Source of the DNA: Podarcis vaucheri
Taxonomy: Eukaryota
Strand: one strand, 5' to 3'
DNA: 64,000 bases
Assembly: GCA_965113315.1 (NCBI GenBank)
Contig: OZ220363.1
The notes beneath the pieces were generated by a model that was given only the letters and a program-made list of their open reading frames with translations, was not told the origin of the DNA and did not search any database. A program made the translations under genes and the position numbers. Of the stretch, positions 24,958-37,221 are shown in pieces (positions within the stretch are counted from its first letter, which is position 1; every line of letters starts with the position of its first letter).

Positions 24958-26370
24958 TCATAGAATCATAGAATAGAATCATAGAATCATAGAGTTGGAA
25001 GAGACCACAAGGGCCATCGAGTCCAACCCCCTGCCAAGCAGGAAACACCATCAGAGCACTCCTGACATATGGTTGTCAAGCCTCTGCTTAAAGACCTCCA
25101 AAGTAGGAGACTCCACCACACTCCTTGGCAGCAAATTCCACTGTTGAACAGCTCTTACTGTCACGAAGTTCTTCCTAATGTTTAGGTGGAATCTTCTTTC
25201 TTGTAGTTTGGATCCATTGCTCCGTGTTCGCTTCTCTGGAGCAGCAGAAAACAACCTTTCTCCCTCCTCTATGTGACATCCTTTTATATATTTGAACATG
25301 GCTATCATATCACCCCTTAACCTCCTCTTCTCCAGGCTAAACATGCCCAGCTCCCTTAGCCGTTCCTCATAAGGCATCGTTTCCAGGCCTTTGACCATTT
25401 TGGTTGTCCTCCTCTGGACACGTTGCAATTTGTCAGTGTCCTTCTTGAATTGTGGTGCCCAGAACTGGACACAGTACTCCAGGTGAGGTCTGACCAGAGC
25501 AGAATACAGTGGTACTATTACTTTCCTTGATCTAGATGCTATACTCCTATTGATGCAGCCCAGAATTGCATTGGCTTTTTTAGCTGCCGCATCACACTGT
25601 TGGCTCATGTCAAGTTTGTGGTCAACCAAGACTCCTAGATCCTTTTCACATGTACTGCTCTCAAGCCAGGTGTCCCCCATCTTGTATTTGTGCCTCTCAT
25701 TTTTTTTGCCCAAGTGCAATACTTTACATTTCTCCCTGTTAAAATTCATCTTGCTTGTTTTCCCCAGTTCTCTAATCTGCCAAGGTCATTTTGAAGTGTG
25801 ATCCTGTCCTCTGGGGTGTTAGCCACCCCTCCCAGTTTGGTGTCATCTGCAAATTTGATCAGGATGCCCTTGAGTCCATCATCCAAGTCGTTGATAAAGT
25901 TGTTGAATAAGACCGGGCCCAAGACAGAACCCTGTGGCACCCCACTAGTCACTCTTCTCCAGGATGAAGAGGAACCATTGATGAGCACCCTTTGGGTTCG
26001 GTCAGTCAGCCAGTTACAAATCCACTGAGTGGTAGCATAGTCAAGACCGCATTTTACCAGCTTCTTTACAAGAATATCATGGGGCACCTTGTCAAATGCC
26101 TTGCTGAAATCAAGGTAGGCTACATCCACTGCATTCCCTTCATCTACCAGGCTTGTAATTCTGTCAAAAAACGAGATCAGGTTAGTCTGACATGACTTAT
26201 TTTTCAGAAATCCATGCTGACTATTGGTGATCACAGCATTCCTTTCTAGGTGCTCACAGACTGTTTGCTTAATGATCTGCTCCAGAATCTTCCCTGGTAT
26301 TGATGTCAAACTGACTGGGCGGTAATTATTTGGGTCCTCTCTTTCCCCCTTTTTGAAAATAGGGACAACA
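24958..26370 (-). mobile_element. CR1 LINE, 5'-truncated, ORF2 reverse transcriptase C-terminal part with one frameshift
   Basis: ORFs 25746-26370 (NYRPVSLTS, YLDFSKAFD, GVPQGSVLGP, FADD) and 25051-25749 ([16 protein letters not shown]); (ATTCTATG)n tail. A 1-bp deletion near 25755 relative to the second copy explains the frameshift. Confidence 0.97.
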
Positions 26371-29067
26371 ATTTGATCCAGGAATGTACCTATTTCCCTT
26401 GCCACCAAGCTCAGCAAGGAAGATGAACCAGTGCTTGTCCTGAGTGACAGTGGCAGCTGGGAGGGAGCACCCTGTTGCCTTTCCATGGCCTCTCCTGGGA
26501 TCTGAAGTGTGTTTAAGCCAAACCTTGGGATTCTGATAATTTCCTATATGCATGACTCCTGGGTGCATCCTACTGGGTGAAGGACTGGGGTTGTTAGAGA
26601 AAAGCTGGCAGCTCTGATTTCTGGGTGAGGCAGAGAGTGACTGTACTCCTTCAGTAAATTGAGAAGGATCTGCCTGGGAATTGCAGGGTGCATTGTCTCA
26701 AGATCCTGGGTTCAAGTATTTCCTGGGGCACCCCAGAATTCTCTCCTGTCTGGAGGCTGTAAATTTGAAAGGGAGCGGGGAGGTCAGCTATAGTTCAGAC
26801 ACAACTGGCCAGCCCTACAGGACTGTTGTTCAAGGAGGAATGTAAGCAGGCTCTCTTCGCCTTACCCTTCTGTTACAGGGGTCACTAGTGGCTGCTTTGC
26901 CAAGTGCATTCTCAAACTTGCACCTGGCCATGGCATATAGCTGCAGCAATTATAAAATGCTTCAAAGGCTGACTGGGTCAGTTAAGATAAAATATAAAGG
27001 ATTAAAGATTAAAGATTAAAAGAAGTCCAAGGAGCCGCGGTAGGCGCGTCTTACCTCGGCGCCATTTTCTCCCCTCCCTCTCCAAGACCAGAGAACAGGA
27101 TCCTTGCACCTGGCCCTGTTCACACACATTACCTGTGGAAGAGTGTGACCTTGAGACTGAAAGGGCTTCCTCACCTTTGCTCTAGAGACATTTATTTGAG
27201 GGCTGAAATTTCACCTGAGTAGAGCTGCAGTCTCTGCATGCAGAGGAGAGGAGAAAAATTTGGCTCAGAATCCACCTGTACACATCATACCACAGATGGG
27301 CAAAATGATTCCTCCCTTCCTATTTACAGTTTAACAGGATATCAAGATTGTCATCTATATAAAAACATGTTTAACTGCCACATATCAATCAATACCAAAT
27401 AAGGGTGACATATTTACTAGTTGTGACTTTTATTACATCAAAGAATATCCCAGAGGTCATTTTGGTGCTTCCGAAGGGATGACTTCCCAGAGCCCTCGCT
27501 CTGCCTCTTCAGAAAATGAGGCTATAAAATGGAAAATTGATTAAAAATGTAAGATATACAGCTTTGGTTCTATTTCTATTGAAAGTAATATAAAAATACT
27601 GCAGCATATCAGTTTATAACAGCTTCTGTATCACAGGAGGTCCCCCTAATGGTTTATTTCTTGGTACTGGGCACTGGACTGATTTACTTAACTGTGTGAA
27701 AAATTGAATTTTTTGGTCTGTTTGCATGGTGGTGGTTTTTTTTTGTTTGTTTCTTATTATTTTCCTTTTCGCCCACTGCATGACAATAAAACAGTGTGCT
27801 GAAGCTCATTGTGTCATTCGATTCTGACCGCATCAAAAATGCACCTGTAGTCACCTCTGTGGGAGCGCTCAAGTGCTCAATATAAGCTGGAGTTCGCAGG
27901 TGCCAAGCTCCATAACCTTTCTTCCTAGCAGGAATTGAACATCAATTGTTCAGCATCTAAAGCAAAGAGTCACTCTTGCTGCACTCGGTGCCATCCATGT
28001 GTTCATAGGTTAACTTTAAATTAAAGGAGCAGAATAAACAATTAATCTCAGCTCCGCTGTTCACATTCTATTACGTTAGGTCTGTTTCTGAAACATTGTG
28101 TGTCAGCATAGTTTTCCTTTCACCGACATTCATCAGTTTGCTTCAGATTTTTTCTCTCTCTTTCTCTTGTTCTCTTCTATTTGGACTATTGGAAGTTGGG
28201 GTCAAACTATATCCAAGAGATGGGGGAACTTTTTCAGCCTGGGCACTACAATCCCTTCCAGTGGTGGGCAGGGCCAGAAGCAAGAGTGGGTGGAGTGATG
28301 GATGTAAATTTTACCTTTGTACAGTAGGCTACTTTCTATGAACACACACACACACACTCCCTATTCTCCATTCAAGGAAGTAGGAGGTGTTGTCATAGTT
28401 TAAGGACACATTCCAGCCAGGCTAAAATATCAAAGGAAGCTATGAAGCAGTGGATGTGGATGGGCAGAGTCCCCAGAGGCAGATAGACAGGAATGGAGGA
28501 TGCCCACCTCTGCTATACAATGGCACTGTTCATGTCTTTAGCCCTAGTGTTACTGTATTTATTTTTTAAATAAATAAATCATCAGAGTAGGAAGAGGAGG
28601 GGCAGTCAGATCTCTCAGAATCATATCCATACTACCCACAGCAGTCATTTGCAATGGGAGGATGTTCCCAATGGCTCCCTACAAGGAGAGGGCGAGAAAT
28701 ACACAATGTGATGTCAGCACAACACAGGGAAGTGTGCCCAAATGATACAGAGATAGAGATAGAACTCGATGTTGGGATGCTGGTTTTGCCAATATTGGGG
28801 AGCACAGGGTGTGCGCAGGGGGAAAGGAGTGCAACCTGCTGTGCCAGTGGAAGTTCTTGTTCAGGGCTTCTCCTGACAGGACTCATTTGGTTGAATCCTC
28901 CCTTAAGGATGGGAAAAGATGTGACACTGGATACAGGCCTGCTGCCAAAATGGGCATTCCCATGTTGAGTTCTCCCTCAGTCATTTTGACACATTTACTT
29001 GTGTGATGGCATCAATTCATGTGTTTTCCAGTCTCCCCTTCTTGCCTTGTGTTGAGCATAACACTTG

Positions 29068-29599
29068 ATTACTGGGAAATGATATATAATTAATTGAGAA
29101 GGATGTTCAAGATAACATCACACCCAGAAGCTTTTCTTTTGGGAATTATAGGGACAGAGCTACCTAAATTGCATATAAATTTATTTATATGCTACTACAG
29201 CAGCAAGAATGTTACTTGCCCCAAAATGGAAGGAAGCAGAAATCCCAGTAAAGAAACAATGGATACAAAAACTTATGGAATATGCAGAAATGGCAAAACT
29301 TACCGGAAGAATAAGAAATCAAGATAACAATTTTTTTAATAAAAGAATAAAAATGGTTTATTGAATATTTACAGATAAATTATAAACAGATAAAACCATT
29401 AGCAGGATTATTGTAATAACCTGGAGTTTTATAAGTGTATATATTTACAGTAGATAATTAAATGAGTAAGTTGAATGAATCTGGATATGCAGAAGATATG
29501 AAAAAAAAATTTAAGGAACTGCAGAAAGAGGGGGAAGGAAGTCAAATTTTGAAATGTTAAATGGATTGCAAAATTAATGAAAGTATAAATTTGAACAGT

Positions 29600-29600
<1 letters not shown>
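29068..29600 (+). mobile_element. L1-clade LINE 3' fragment (degenerate ORF2 end and 3' UTR)
   Basis: Translates to YWEMIY..L.RMFKIT..PEAFLLGIIG..., with W-containing motifs typical of reptile L1 ORF2 C-termini; frameshifted. Confidence 0.7.

Positions 29601-29601
<1 letters not shown>

Positions 29602-29635
<34 letters not shown>
29602..29635. repeat. (GT)n microsatellite
   Basis: Directly visible. Confidence 0.97.
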
Positions 29636-29637
<2 letters not shown>

Positions 29638-31103
29638 GACAAGAGACCAGAGGAGGTTGTGCCCATGGCCCTCCCTGAAAATCCAGATGTGTCCATCATC
29701 CTAAAAAGCTTGCCAATCCTTGGACTGACATATCCCAGGAGTTAAGAGCATGAACAAGAATGTCACTAGTTCAAATTTCAGTTTTGGCTTCTGCCTAGCT
29801 TCATGGCAATCTCACCAGTGCATGGCCATCCCTTGTGCTCAAAGGTCTGTCAACATTTCTCTTTCGCATAAAGGGCTAATGAGTCAATCTGAGAGCAGAA
29901 ATGTTGATGTCCTTTCCTGGCACCCCGGATCCAGAGCAACAAAGAACTCTCAACCCTAAGCAGCTGGTACATGCAGCAGATCCCACAATACATGCATTGT
30001 GGAAAACATTTGTGCTATTCTTAAAAGGATGCAATATAATTTCCATGTCAGGAAAAGTAATGTATGAAGTGGTCACGGCTTCAGTTCAGTAAAATGGGGA
30101 TGATGATCATCTAGTCTACTTTGCAAGGTTGTTAGAGAATTAAATTAGATAAAGACTGCAACACACTTTGCACTGCTAAAAGGATCTATATAAATGATAA
30201 ATAGCAATAATAATAGATCTGCCAGGCTCATAACTTTCTCCATTTTTTTAAATAGCTCAACCGTGCCTATCCATGTCTTTCAAGGTGAATCAGGTCTGTA
30301 ACATTTTTCCTTGTCATCTTTTTTCCTTCATTAACTTTCCAATGATGACTTTGTGTTTTGTTTTGTTTTTCCACAGTTTTTATGACCGAGCAACAAGATA
30401 TTTATGTTAAGCAGTAGAATAGTTCTCAGCCCATCATAAAATTAAGTAGCAAGTGAAAGAGAGAACACTGTTGGCTGCAATCCTGCAAACAGTTGCACTA
30501 TTAAAATTCTAATTGAAGAGGCACTCTAAATAAACAGCTCGTCACCTATAGTTCCTAAGGGCTTTCAGGAGCCTGTTCCTAAGGTTTAGACCAGGGTCAC
30601 TGAATGCATGTAAAGCAGGAGGCAGAACCATGGCAGGCCCCACATGCCATGTATATGCATTCAGTTCAAGGATAGAACAGATGCACGTATATAGGCTCCC
30701 CTCCATGTAATTTGTTTTGTATATGCAGGCTGCGTTCTGAACCCAAATTAAATACAAACAGATCTGGGGCAAGGGCTGCTGCCCAAATACCACTCCATCC
30801 CTTTATCCGCATGTATTCCAAATTGACTTCCAACATCCTGTTCATGTTCACCTGTAAGGAATATGAACGTGGGATGGGATACCTAACAAAGGGCCTGCTT
30901 GGGTGGGATGTCTTCTGGGAAGTGGCACCGCGCTCTGGCCACCTGAGGATCCTGCTCTCACTTATCTTTAGAGAAGGCCTCATCAGGGCCAGGTGGAGAG
31001 TCCACATTTCAGGCCATGATAGAAAGGTGTTCCAGACCATACCACGTGCCACTGGCGGTATTGTATGGCTGTTACACGTTCTCCATGAACAAAGAAGAAA
31101 CTT

Positions 31104-31233
31104 TCCTCAGTCAGTAGAGCATGAGGCTGTTAATCTCAGGATCATATTGTTCAAACCTCATGTTGGGTGAAAAATCCCTGCATTGCTGGGGGTTGGATTA
31201 GAAGGCCCTTCCAACTCTACAATTATATGATTC
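31104..31233 (+). mobile_element. tRNA-Lys-derived SINE with a CR1-type 3' tail (degenerate)
   Basis: CTCAGTCAGTAGAGCATGAGGCTGTTAATCTCAGG...GTTCAAACCTCATGTTGGG resembles tRNA-Lys(CTT). The tail GGTTGGA.TAGA.GGCCCTTCCAACTCTA...ATGATTC matches the CR1 3' end in this window. Confidence 0.7.
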
Positions 31234-31297
31234 ACACATATTATTGCAATCATATTATTATTTATTAACTTTCTATACCACCCTTAAGATCCTTTAA

Positions 31298-31665
31298 GGG
31301 ATGCAGGTGGCACTGTGGTCTAAACCACAGAGCCTAGGACTTGCCGATCGGAAGGTCGGCGGTTCGAATCCCTGCGACGGGGTGAGCTCCCGTTGCTCGG
31401 TCCCTGCTCCTGCCAACCTAGCAGTTCGAAAGCACGTCAAAGTGCAAATAGATAAATAGGTACCATTCCGGCAGCAAGCTAAACGGCGTTTCCATGCGCT
31501 GCTCTGGTTTGCCAGAAATGGCTTAGTGATGCTGGCCACATGACCCGGAAGCTGTCTGCGGACAAACGCCAGCTCCCTTGGCCAGTATAGCTAGGTGAGC
31601 TCTGCAACCCTGGAGTCGTCCACGACTGGACTTAACAGTCAGGGGGTCCCTTTACCATTACCTTT
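31298..31665 (+). mobile_element. Sauria SINE
   Basis: Head with GGTTCGAATCC B-box, TTTACC tail, flanking repeat TATACCACCCTT. Confidence 0.9.
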
Positions 31666-31699
31666 TATACCACCCTTTATCCGAGGTTCACAGGATGGT

Positions 31700-32400
31700 T
31701 TACAATGTAAAAACACAGAAGTACATACTGTAATGTAGTAACAAGCAAAAACAATACCTTTCGTGGAGAGGCATATGAACAAGGGCCCCAGAAGTTGATA
31801 GCAGGATCCAGATCAGTTCATATGGGGGGAGGCAGTTCTTGGGGTATTGTGGTCCTGAGCCATTTAACCAGATAGTGGTGCAGCTATGCCACCAGCTGAA
31901 GCTGATGAAAGGCACTCTGTCTTTCAGAGGATGTGTAACCCAACAAGAGCACGCAATTTCCCAGCCATCCGGTCTAGGGAACCCCCCATTATGAGTGTCT
32001 CAGCCTTATCTGGACTGAGTTTTAATTTATTGGCTCTCATCTAGACCATTACTGAGGCAAGACAACAGTCCAGCACATCTACTGCCATACCTGCAGATGT
32101 AAAGGAGAAGTAGAGCTGTGTGTCACCAGCATATTGCTGACAATGTACTCCAAAACTCTGGATGACCCCTCTCAGCGGTTTCATGCAAATATTAAGCAGT
32201 ATGGGGGATAAAAATGAACCTTGATGAGCCCCACATTGAAAGCTTTACCAGGCCAAAGAGCATTCCCCAAGCATCACCCTCTAGAAGCAGCTATCCAAGT
32301 AGGATCAGAACAACCACAGGGTGAAGCCACCCACCCCTAACTAAGACAGTCGCTCCAGAAGGATACCATGGTTGATGCTACTGAAAGCTGTTGTGGGGGT
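31700..32400 (-). mobile_element. Degenerate L2-clade LINE fragments
   Basis: Minus strand shows decayed RT-like segments (FSSINHGIL, Q.QYADDTQLYFS). Confidence 0.6.
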
Positions 32401-33653
32401 GAAGGAGAATTAACAAGGACACATTTCCCTTGTCACTCTACTTGGAAAAGCATTATCCCACCAAAAATCCCTTGTGATTGTTCTCAATGCACAGGTCCCT
32501 GGCCTCTCAACATCTCCATGTCAGATTGCGAGTCCAGCAGCAGCCCCACATCATATCAATGCATTCATGTGAGGGCCTCTGCTAGTTTATGTACCAGGCC
32601 AATTGGGCTTGCCATATTGACTTCTCAGAAAACATTGACTTTGCCTGGATGAATAGACTTTGTTTCTTAAACCTCACTTCATGTTCCAATTATTTAAATT
32701 GTTAATTCTTGGGAAACTGTGGGAAAACGACTTAGGCATACATAACCATATTGGGGGATCTTACAGAATAAAGGCAGTCTCTGAGTATAAATTTATTCTC
32801 TCTTCGGAGGGCAGCTGATGATGTTTCTAGCATTCTAAAAGATTGCTTGGTAACTTTCATGTGCACTGTTCATTTTTCTTCTCCGCTCAGTGTTATGACC
32901 ATACCATTTCCCTTATGTGTGTTCAAGAAAACCAGCTAATCAGAAATAGAAGGAAAGATACATTGTTTTAACAGCAATAATCTTGTGAATCATACATCAG
33001 AAGGCTATTTTGCTATCACTTTTGTTGATGAATACTGTAAACGGCTCAGATATGTAGTGAAATGCCATAAAATCTCAAGGATACCCAGGGGGAAATAGTA
33101 CTATAAAGCTGTGATGAATTGTAATTTGCCAGGATATTTCCATGGCATCTACAATAGTAAATAGAATGAGTAAGGGAAACAGTGTTGCCTACCATTTTAC
33201 TGTTATTGTGCCATTTTTGGTCAGTTTACTTTTTATATGAATTTGATTTAACATCTTTTATGTATTTAAAACAAAGTAAACATTGATGCTTTCAAATCAC
33301 ATTTATTACAACTGTCTGACAGTGCATACAGTATATAGCTATAAGCATACAATATTATGAAATGGGCAGCATTCAGTGCTGTATAGCAGGCCCTGTACAG
33401 CAGTGCTGTTTATGGCAAAGTTGCCATAATATTATCATTATACTTAACATTTATCTAGAGTTGTCTGAAAGCAGCCTTTGGAAGAAGGGAACAGGACCCT
33501 TGGAAAGATGGAAATGTTCCTGGCTAGGAGAATGACTGATCCAATGATAGGGCTTCATTCTGGCCTCTTGACAAATCACATTTGCAGCTTTGGTGGGAGG
33601 TCTTGTAAATGGCCTTGCTCCTGGAATACCAGTTAGTCTCTCTGACCAGGAGT

Positions 33654-34506
33654 GAATCATAGAATCATAGAATCATAGAGTTGGAAGAGACCACAAGGGC
33701 CACTGAGTCCAACCCCCTGCCAAGCAGGAAACACCATCAGAGCACTCCTGACATATGGTTGTCAAGCCTCTGCTTAAAGACCTCCAAAGTAGGAGACTCC
33801 ACCACACTCCTTGGCAGCAAATTCCACTGTCGAACAGCTCTTACTGTCAGGAAGTTCTTCCTAATGTTTAGGTGGAATCTTCTTTCTTGTAGTTTGGATC
33901 CATTGCTCCGTGTCCGCTTCTCTGGAGCAGCAGAAAACAACCTTTCTCCCTCCTCTATGTGACATCCTTTTATATATTTGAACATGGCTATCATATCACC
34001 CCTTAACCTCCTCTTCTCCAGGCTAAACATGCCCAGCTCCCTTAGCCGTTCCTCATAAGGCATCGTTTCCAGGCCTTTGACCATTTTGGTTGCCCTCCTC
34101 TGGACACGTTCCAGCTTGTCAGTATCCTTCTTGAATTGTGGTGCCCAGAACTGGACACAGTACTCCAGGTGAGGTCTGACCAGAGCAGAATACAGTGGCA
34201 CTATTACTTCCCTTGATCTAGATGCTATACTCCTATTGATGCAGCCCAGAATTGCATTGGCTTTTTTAGCTGCCGCGTCACACTGTTGGCTCATGTCAAG
34301 TTTGTGGTCAACCAAGACTCCTAGATCCTTTTCACATGTACTGCTCTCAAGCCAGGTGTCACCCATCTTGTATTTGTGCCTCTCATTTCTTTTGCCCAAG
34401 TGCAATACTTTACATTTCTCCCTGTTAAAGTTCATCTTGTTTGTTTTGGCCCAGTTCTCTAATCTGTCAAGGTCGTTTTGAAGTGTGATCCAAGGTCGTT
34501 TTGAAG
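33654..34506 (-). mobile_element. CR1 LINE, 5'-truncated, open ORF2 C-terminus, nested in an old L2 fragment
   Basis: ORF 33737-34490 is nearly identical to the 24958-26370 copy. (ATTCTATG)n tail; 16-bp duplication at the 5' junction. The right flank reads as decayed L2 ORF2 (HQLHPVL...[12 protein letters not shown]). Confidence 0.96.
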
Positions 34507-35046
34507 AGTGCACCAACTGCACCCAGTTTTGAGGAAGGTGGACTTGCCTATGGTCAGATATGTCTTAGTTACTTCAAGCTTGGACCAATATAACACTATT
34601 ATATTAGTAAGCTGCAGATAGGGAAAGAATGTAGCTGGTGAACTGTTGACTGGATCCTGCCTTGGGGCCGGGATACTTAAAGGATCATCTCCCCCTGTCT
34701 GATCCTGACTATGCACTGAGTTCATCTAAGGAGGCTGTTCCACACATCCCCAGCCCAAAATAAGATGGGGTTTCATCAACTGTTGCTTTGAGAGATTTGC
34801 TTAGCACCCCTCTGAGATGGCATTTGGCCACCACCTGAAACCCTTTCTGGAGAGTTAAGCCATGGGTCTGAATGTTTATTGCTTTTGGCTGTATTGACTC
34901 TCTTCTGTTACAATTCTTGGTTTTCATTATTACCTGTCACCCTTCTGCTTGTTTTTAGAATGTTATAATTGTTTTAATAGACACCTCGAGGAGAAATTTG
35001 AATCTCAAAGTCATCAGTATTTAAGGCCACCTAAGCTAATGGAGCA

Positions 35047-35400
35047 GAGACATGGGTGGCGCTGTGGTCTAAAGCAGGGAGCCTAGGGCTTGCCAATCAG
35101 AAGGTTGGCGGTTTGAATCCTCGGGATGGGGTGAGCTCCCATTGTTCGGTCCCAGCTCCTGCCAACCTAGCAGTTTGAAAGCACGTCAAAATGCAAGTAG
35201 ATAAATAGGTACCGCTCCAGCAAAAAGGTAAACGGCATTTCCGTGCACTGCTCTGGTTTGCCAGAAGTGGCTTAGTCATGCTGGACACATGACCCGGAAG
35301 TGGTACGCCGGCTCCCTCAGCCAACAAAGTGAGATGAGCACCGCAATCCCAGAGTCGTTTGCGACTGGACCTAATGGCCAGGGGTCCCTTTACCTTTACC
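35047..35400 (+). mobile_element. Sauria SINE
   Basis: Conserved body, TTTACCTTTACC tail, TSD CCTAAGCTAATGGA. Confidence 0.9.
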
Positions 35401-36364
35401 TAAGCTAATGGATATCACCACAGCTGAGTGATTAAGTTGTTCATTTTGCCTTTCCTGAATCTCCCTAGCAGAACCACCAATGGATGAATCTTGGTCCTAG
35501 TATTACAGGAAAGGAAGAATCACACACACACACTGTTTCTTAATACCAGACATTCTTTTTCTGAAAACTGCAAAATCTTTACAACAGCAGTGGGGAACCT
35601 GCAGCTCTCCAGAAGTTCGAGGACTACAGCTGCCACCATCCCATCTCAGCATTGGCCATTCTGGCTGAGGCTGAAGTGAAATAGAAGCCCAACAGTATAT
35701 GAAGGGTTACAGGTTACCCACCTCTGCTTCACAGGTTTGCTTCACTGTTTAACACAACTATCACATTTTACCAACAGGAAAAAGAAATATATAGCCAGAA
35801 GAAGCACTTGCACAGTCTAGGGTAATTGACACTGGTCAAAGTCTATTGTACAGTATCAAATCTATATTGTTACTGTCCACCATGGAAATATTAGGTTTAA
35901 ATTAGGAAGGAGCTCCTCCCTTGGCTGAAAATGGGGGGGGGGGACAACCTAATCTCTTTTGATTGGTCCAGGAGGCTAATATTCCACTCCTTTACAATCA
36001 GCAACTTGTTTTTTATTAATTTCTCCCCTGGTTTACACTCTCTGTGGCTTAGGTTGGTGGAGTGGCAATTATGAGAAATGAACTCACGAGCTTTACCCGC
36101 TCAGGAACTAAGCAAAACCTCACTTCTCTTCACACACAAACGCACACACAATCCTACTTGCTGCTGCCAGTTTTACTCTGAGCAATTTGCATTAGAATGT
36201 TTACAGTAGGACACTTGAGCCCTTACCATATGCTTGTTGTCTCCCAGGATGCTCGTGGAATTGAAACATGTATCTCCTAAGGCTATGACAGCAAACACAC
36301 ATTTAAATAAGAATCCAGCACCGATTTAAACCTGAAAGAGGTAAAGGAGGCTAATACTTCTTGG

Positions 36365-36855
36365 ATATATATATATATATATATATGCAGGTTTTGGTGT
36401 CTTCGGGTGTCTTCCCGTGTAAGAGTCGGGGTGTCTGTGCGACGTTTCGACGAGGTCTCGCACAGACGTCGCACAGACACCCCGACTCTTACACGGGAAG
36501 ACACCCGAAGACACCAAAACCTGCATTCCTATACCCGTGAAAATCTACGAAAGCATATATATATATATATATATATATATGCAGGTTTTGGTGTCTTCGG
36601 GTGTCTTCCCGTGTAAGAGTCGGGGTGTCTGGGCGACGTTTCGACGAGGTCTCACTCGTCATCTTCAGGCTGGTGCTTTCGGCTTCTTGTTACAAGAAGC
36701 CGAAAGCACCAGCCTGAAGATGACGAGTGAGACCTCGTCGAAACGTCGCCCAGACACCCCGACTCTTACACGGGAAGACACCCGAAGACACCAAAACCTG
36801 CATTCCTGTACCCGTGAAAATCTACGAAAGCATATATATATATATATATATATAT
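36365..36855. mobile_element. Tandem pair of Penelope-like inverted (palindromic) pseudo-LTR insertions in a (TA)n tract
   Basis: Palindrome 1 has arms 36385-36445 / 36466-36526. Palindrome 2 has arms 36579-36690 / 36692-36803 with a 1-nt centre. Each is followed by TCCTRTACCCGTGAAAATCTACGAAAGC and (AT)n, and hammerhead cores are present. Confidence 0.8.
36712..36749 (+). ncRNA. Minimal type-I hammerhead ribozyme motif (Penelope type); mirror copy on the minus strand at 36633-36670
   Basis: CTGAAGA-T-[GACGAG tgagac CTCGTC]-GAAA-C-GTC: conserved core boxes, a 6-bp stem II, and a palindromic ACGT stem III of the dimer-requiring type. Stem I is only ~2 bp. Confidence 0.7.
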
Positions 36856-36980
36856 CTCCACTAAGAAGTTCAAGGAGGGAAATGAAAGCCAATTTCAAGA
36901 TGTTTATTCTACCTATAGGTGCATCCTGAAAGAATATAACTGTTAAGTTAAATCTTCAGTAACGGCAGAAAGCAGGAATA

Positions 36981-37221
36981 CAGTGTTACCTCTAGTTACA
37001 AACTTAATTCGTTCCGGAGGTCCGTTCTTAACCTGAAACTCTTCTTAACTAGAGGCGTGCTTTCACTAATGGGGCCTCTTGTTGCTGCTGTGCCACTGGC
37101 ACACGATTTCTGTTCTCATCCTGGGGCAAATTTCTCAACTCAAGGTAATTCTTCTAGGTTAGCGGAGATTGTAACTTGAAGCGTTTGTAACCTGAGGCGT
37201 TTGTAATTCGAGGTACTATTG
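36981..37221. mobile_element. Tc1/mariner-type MITE, family 2 (diverged)
   Basis: TA-CAGTGTTACCTC...GAGGTACTATTG; internal homology to other copies. Confidence 0.8.

Noticed and set aside
26371-26486. N-terminal extension of the CR1 ORF (MERQQG...)
   Set aside because: Lies beyond the 5' truncation point; chance open flank.
31104-31170. tRNA-Lys gene
   Set aside because: Stems are disrupted and it runs into a CR1-type tail, so it is a SINE.
30666-31170. 128-152 aa overlapping ORFs
   Set aside because: They overlap decayed LINE/SINE sequence and have no coherent domain.
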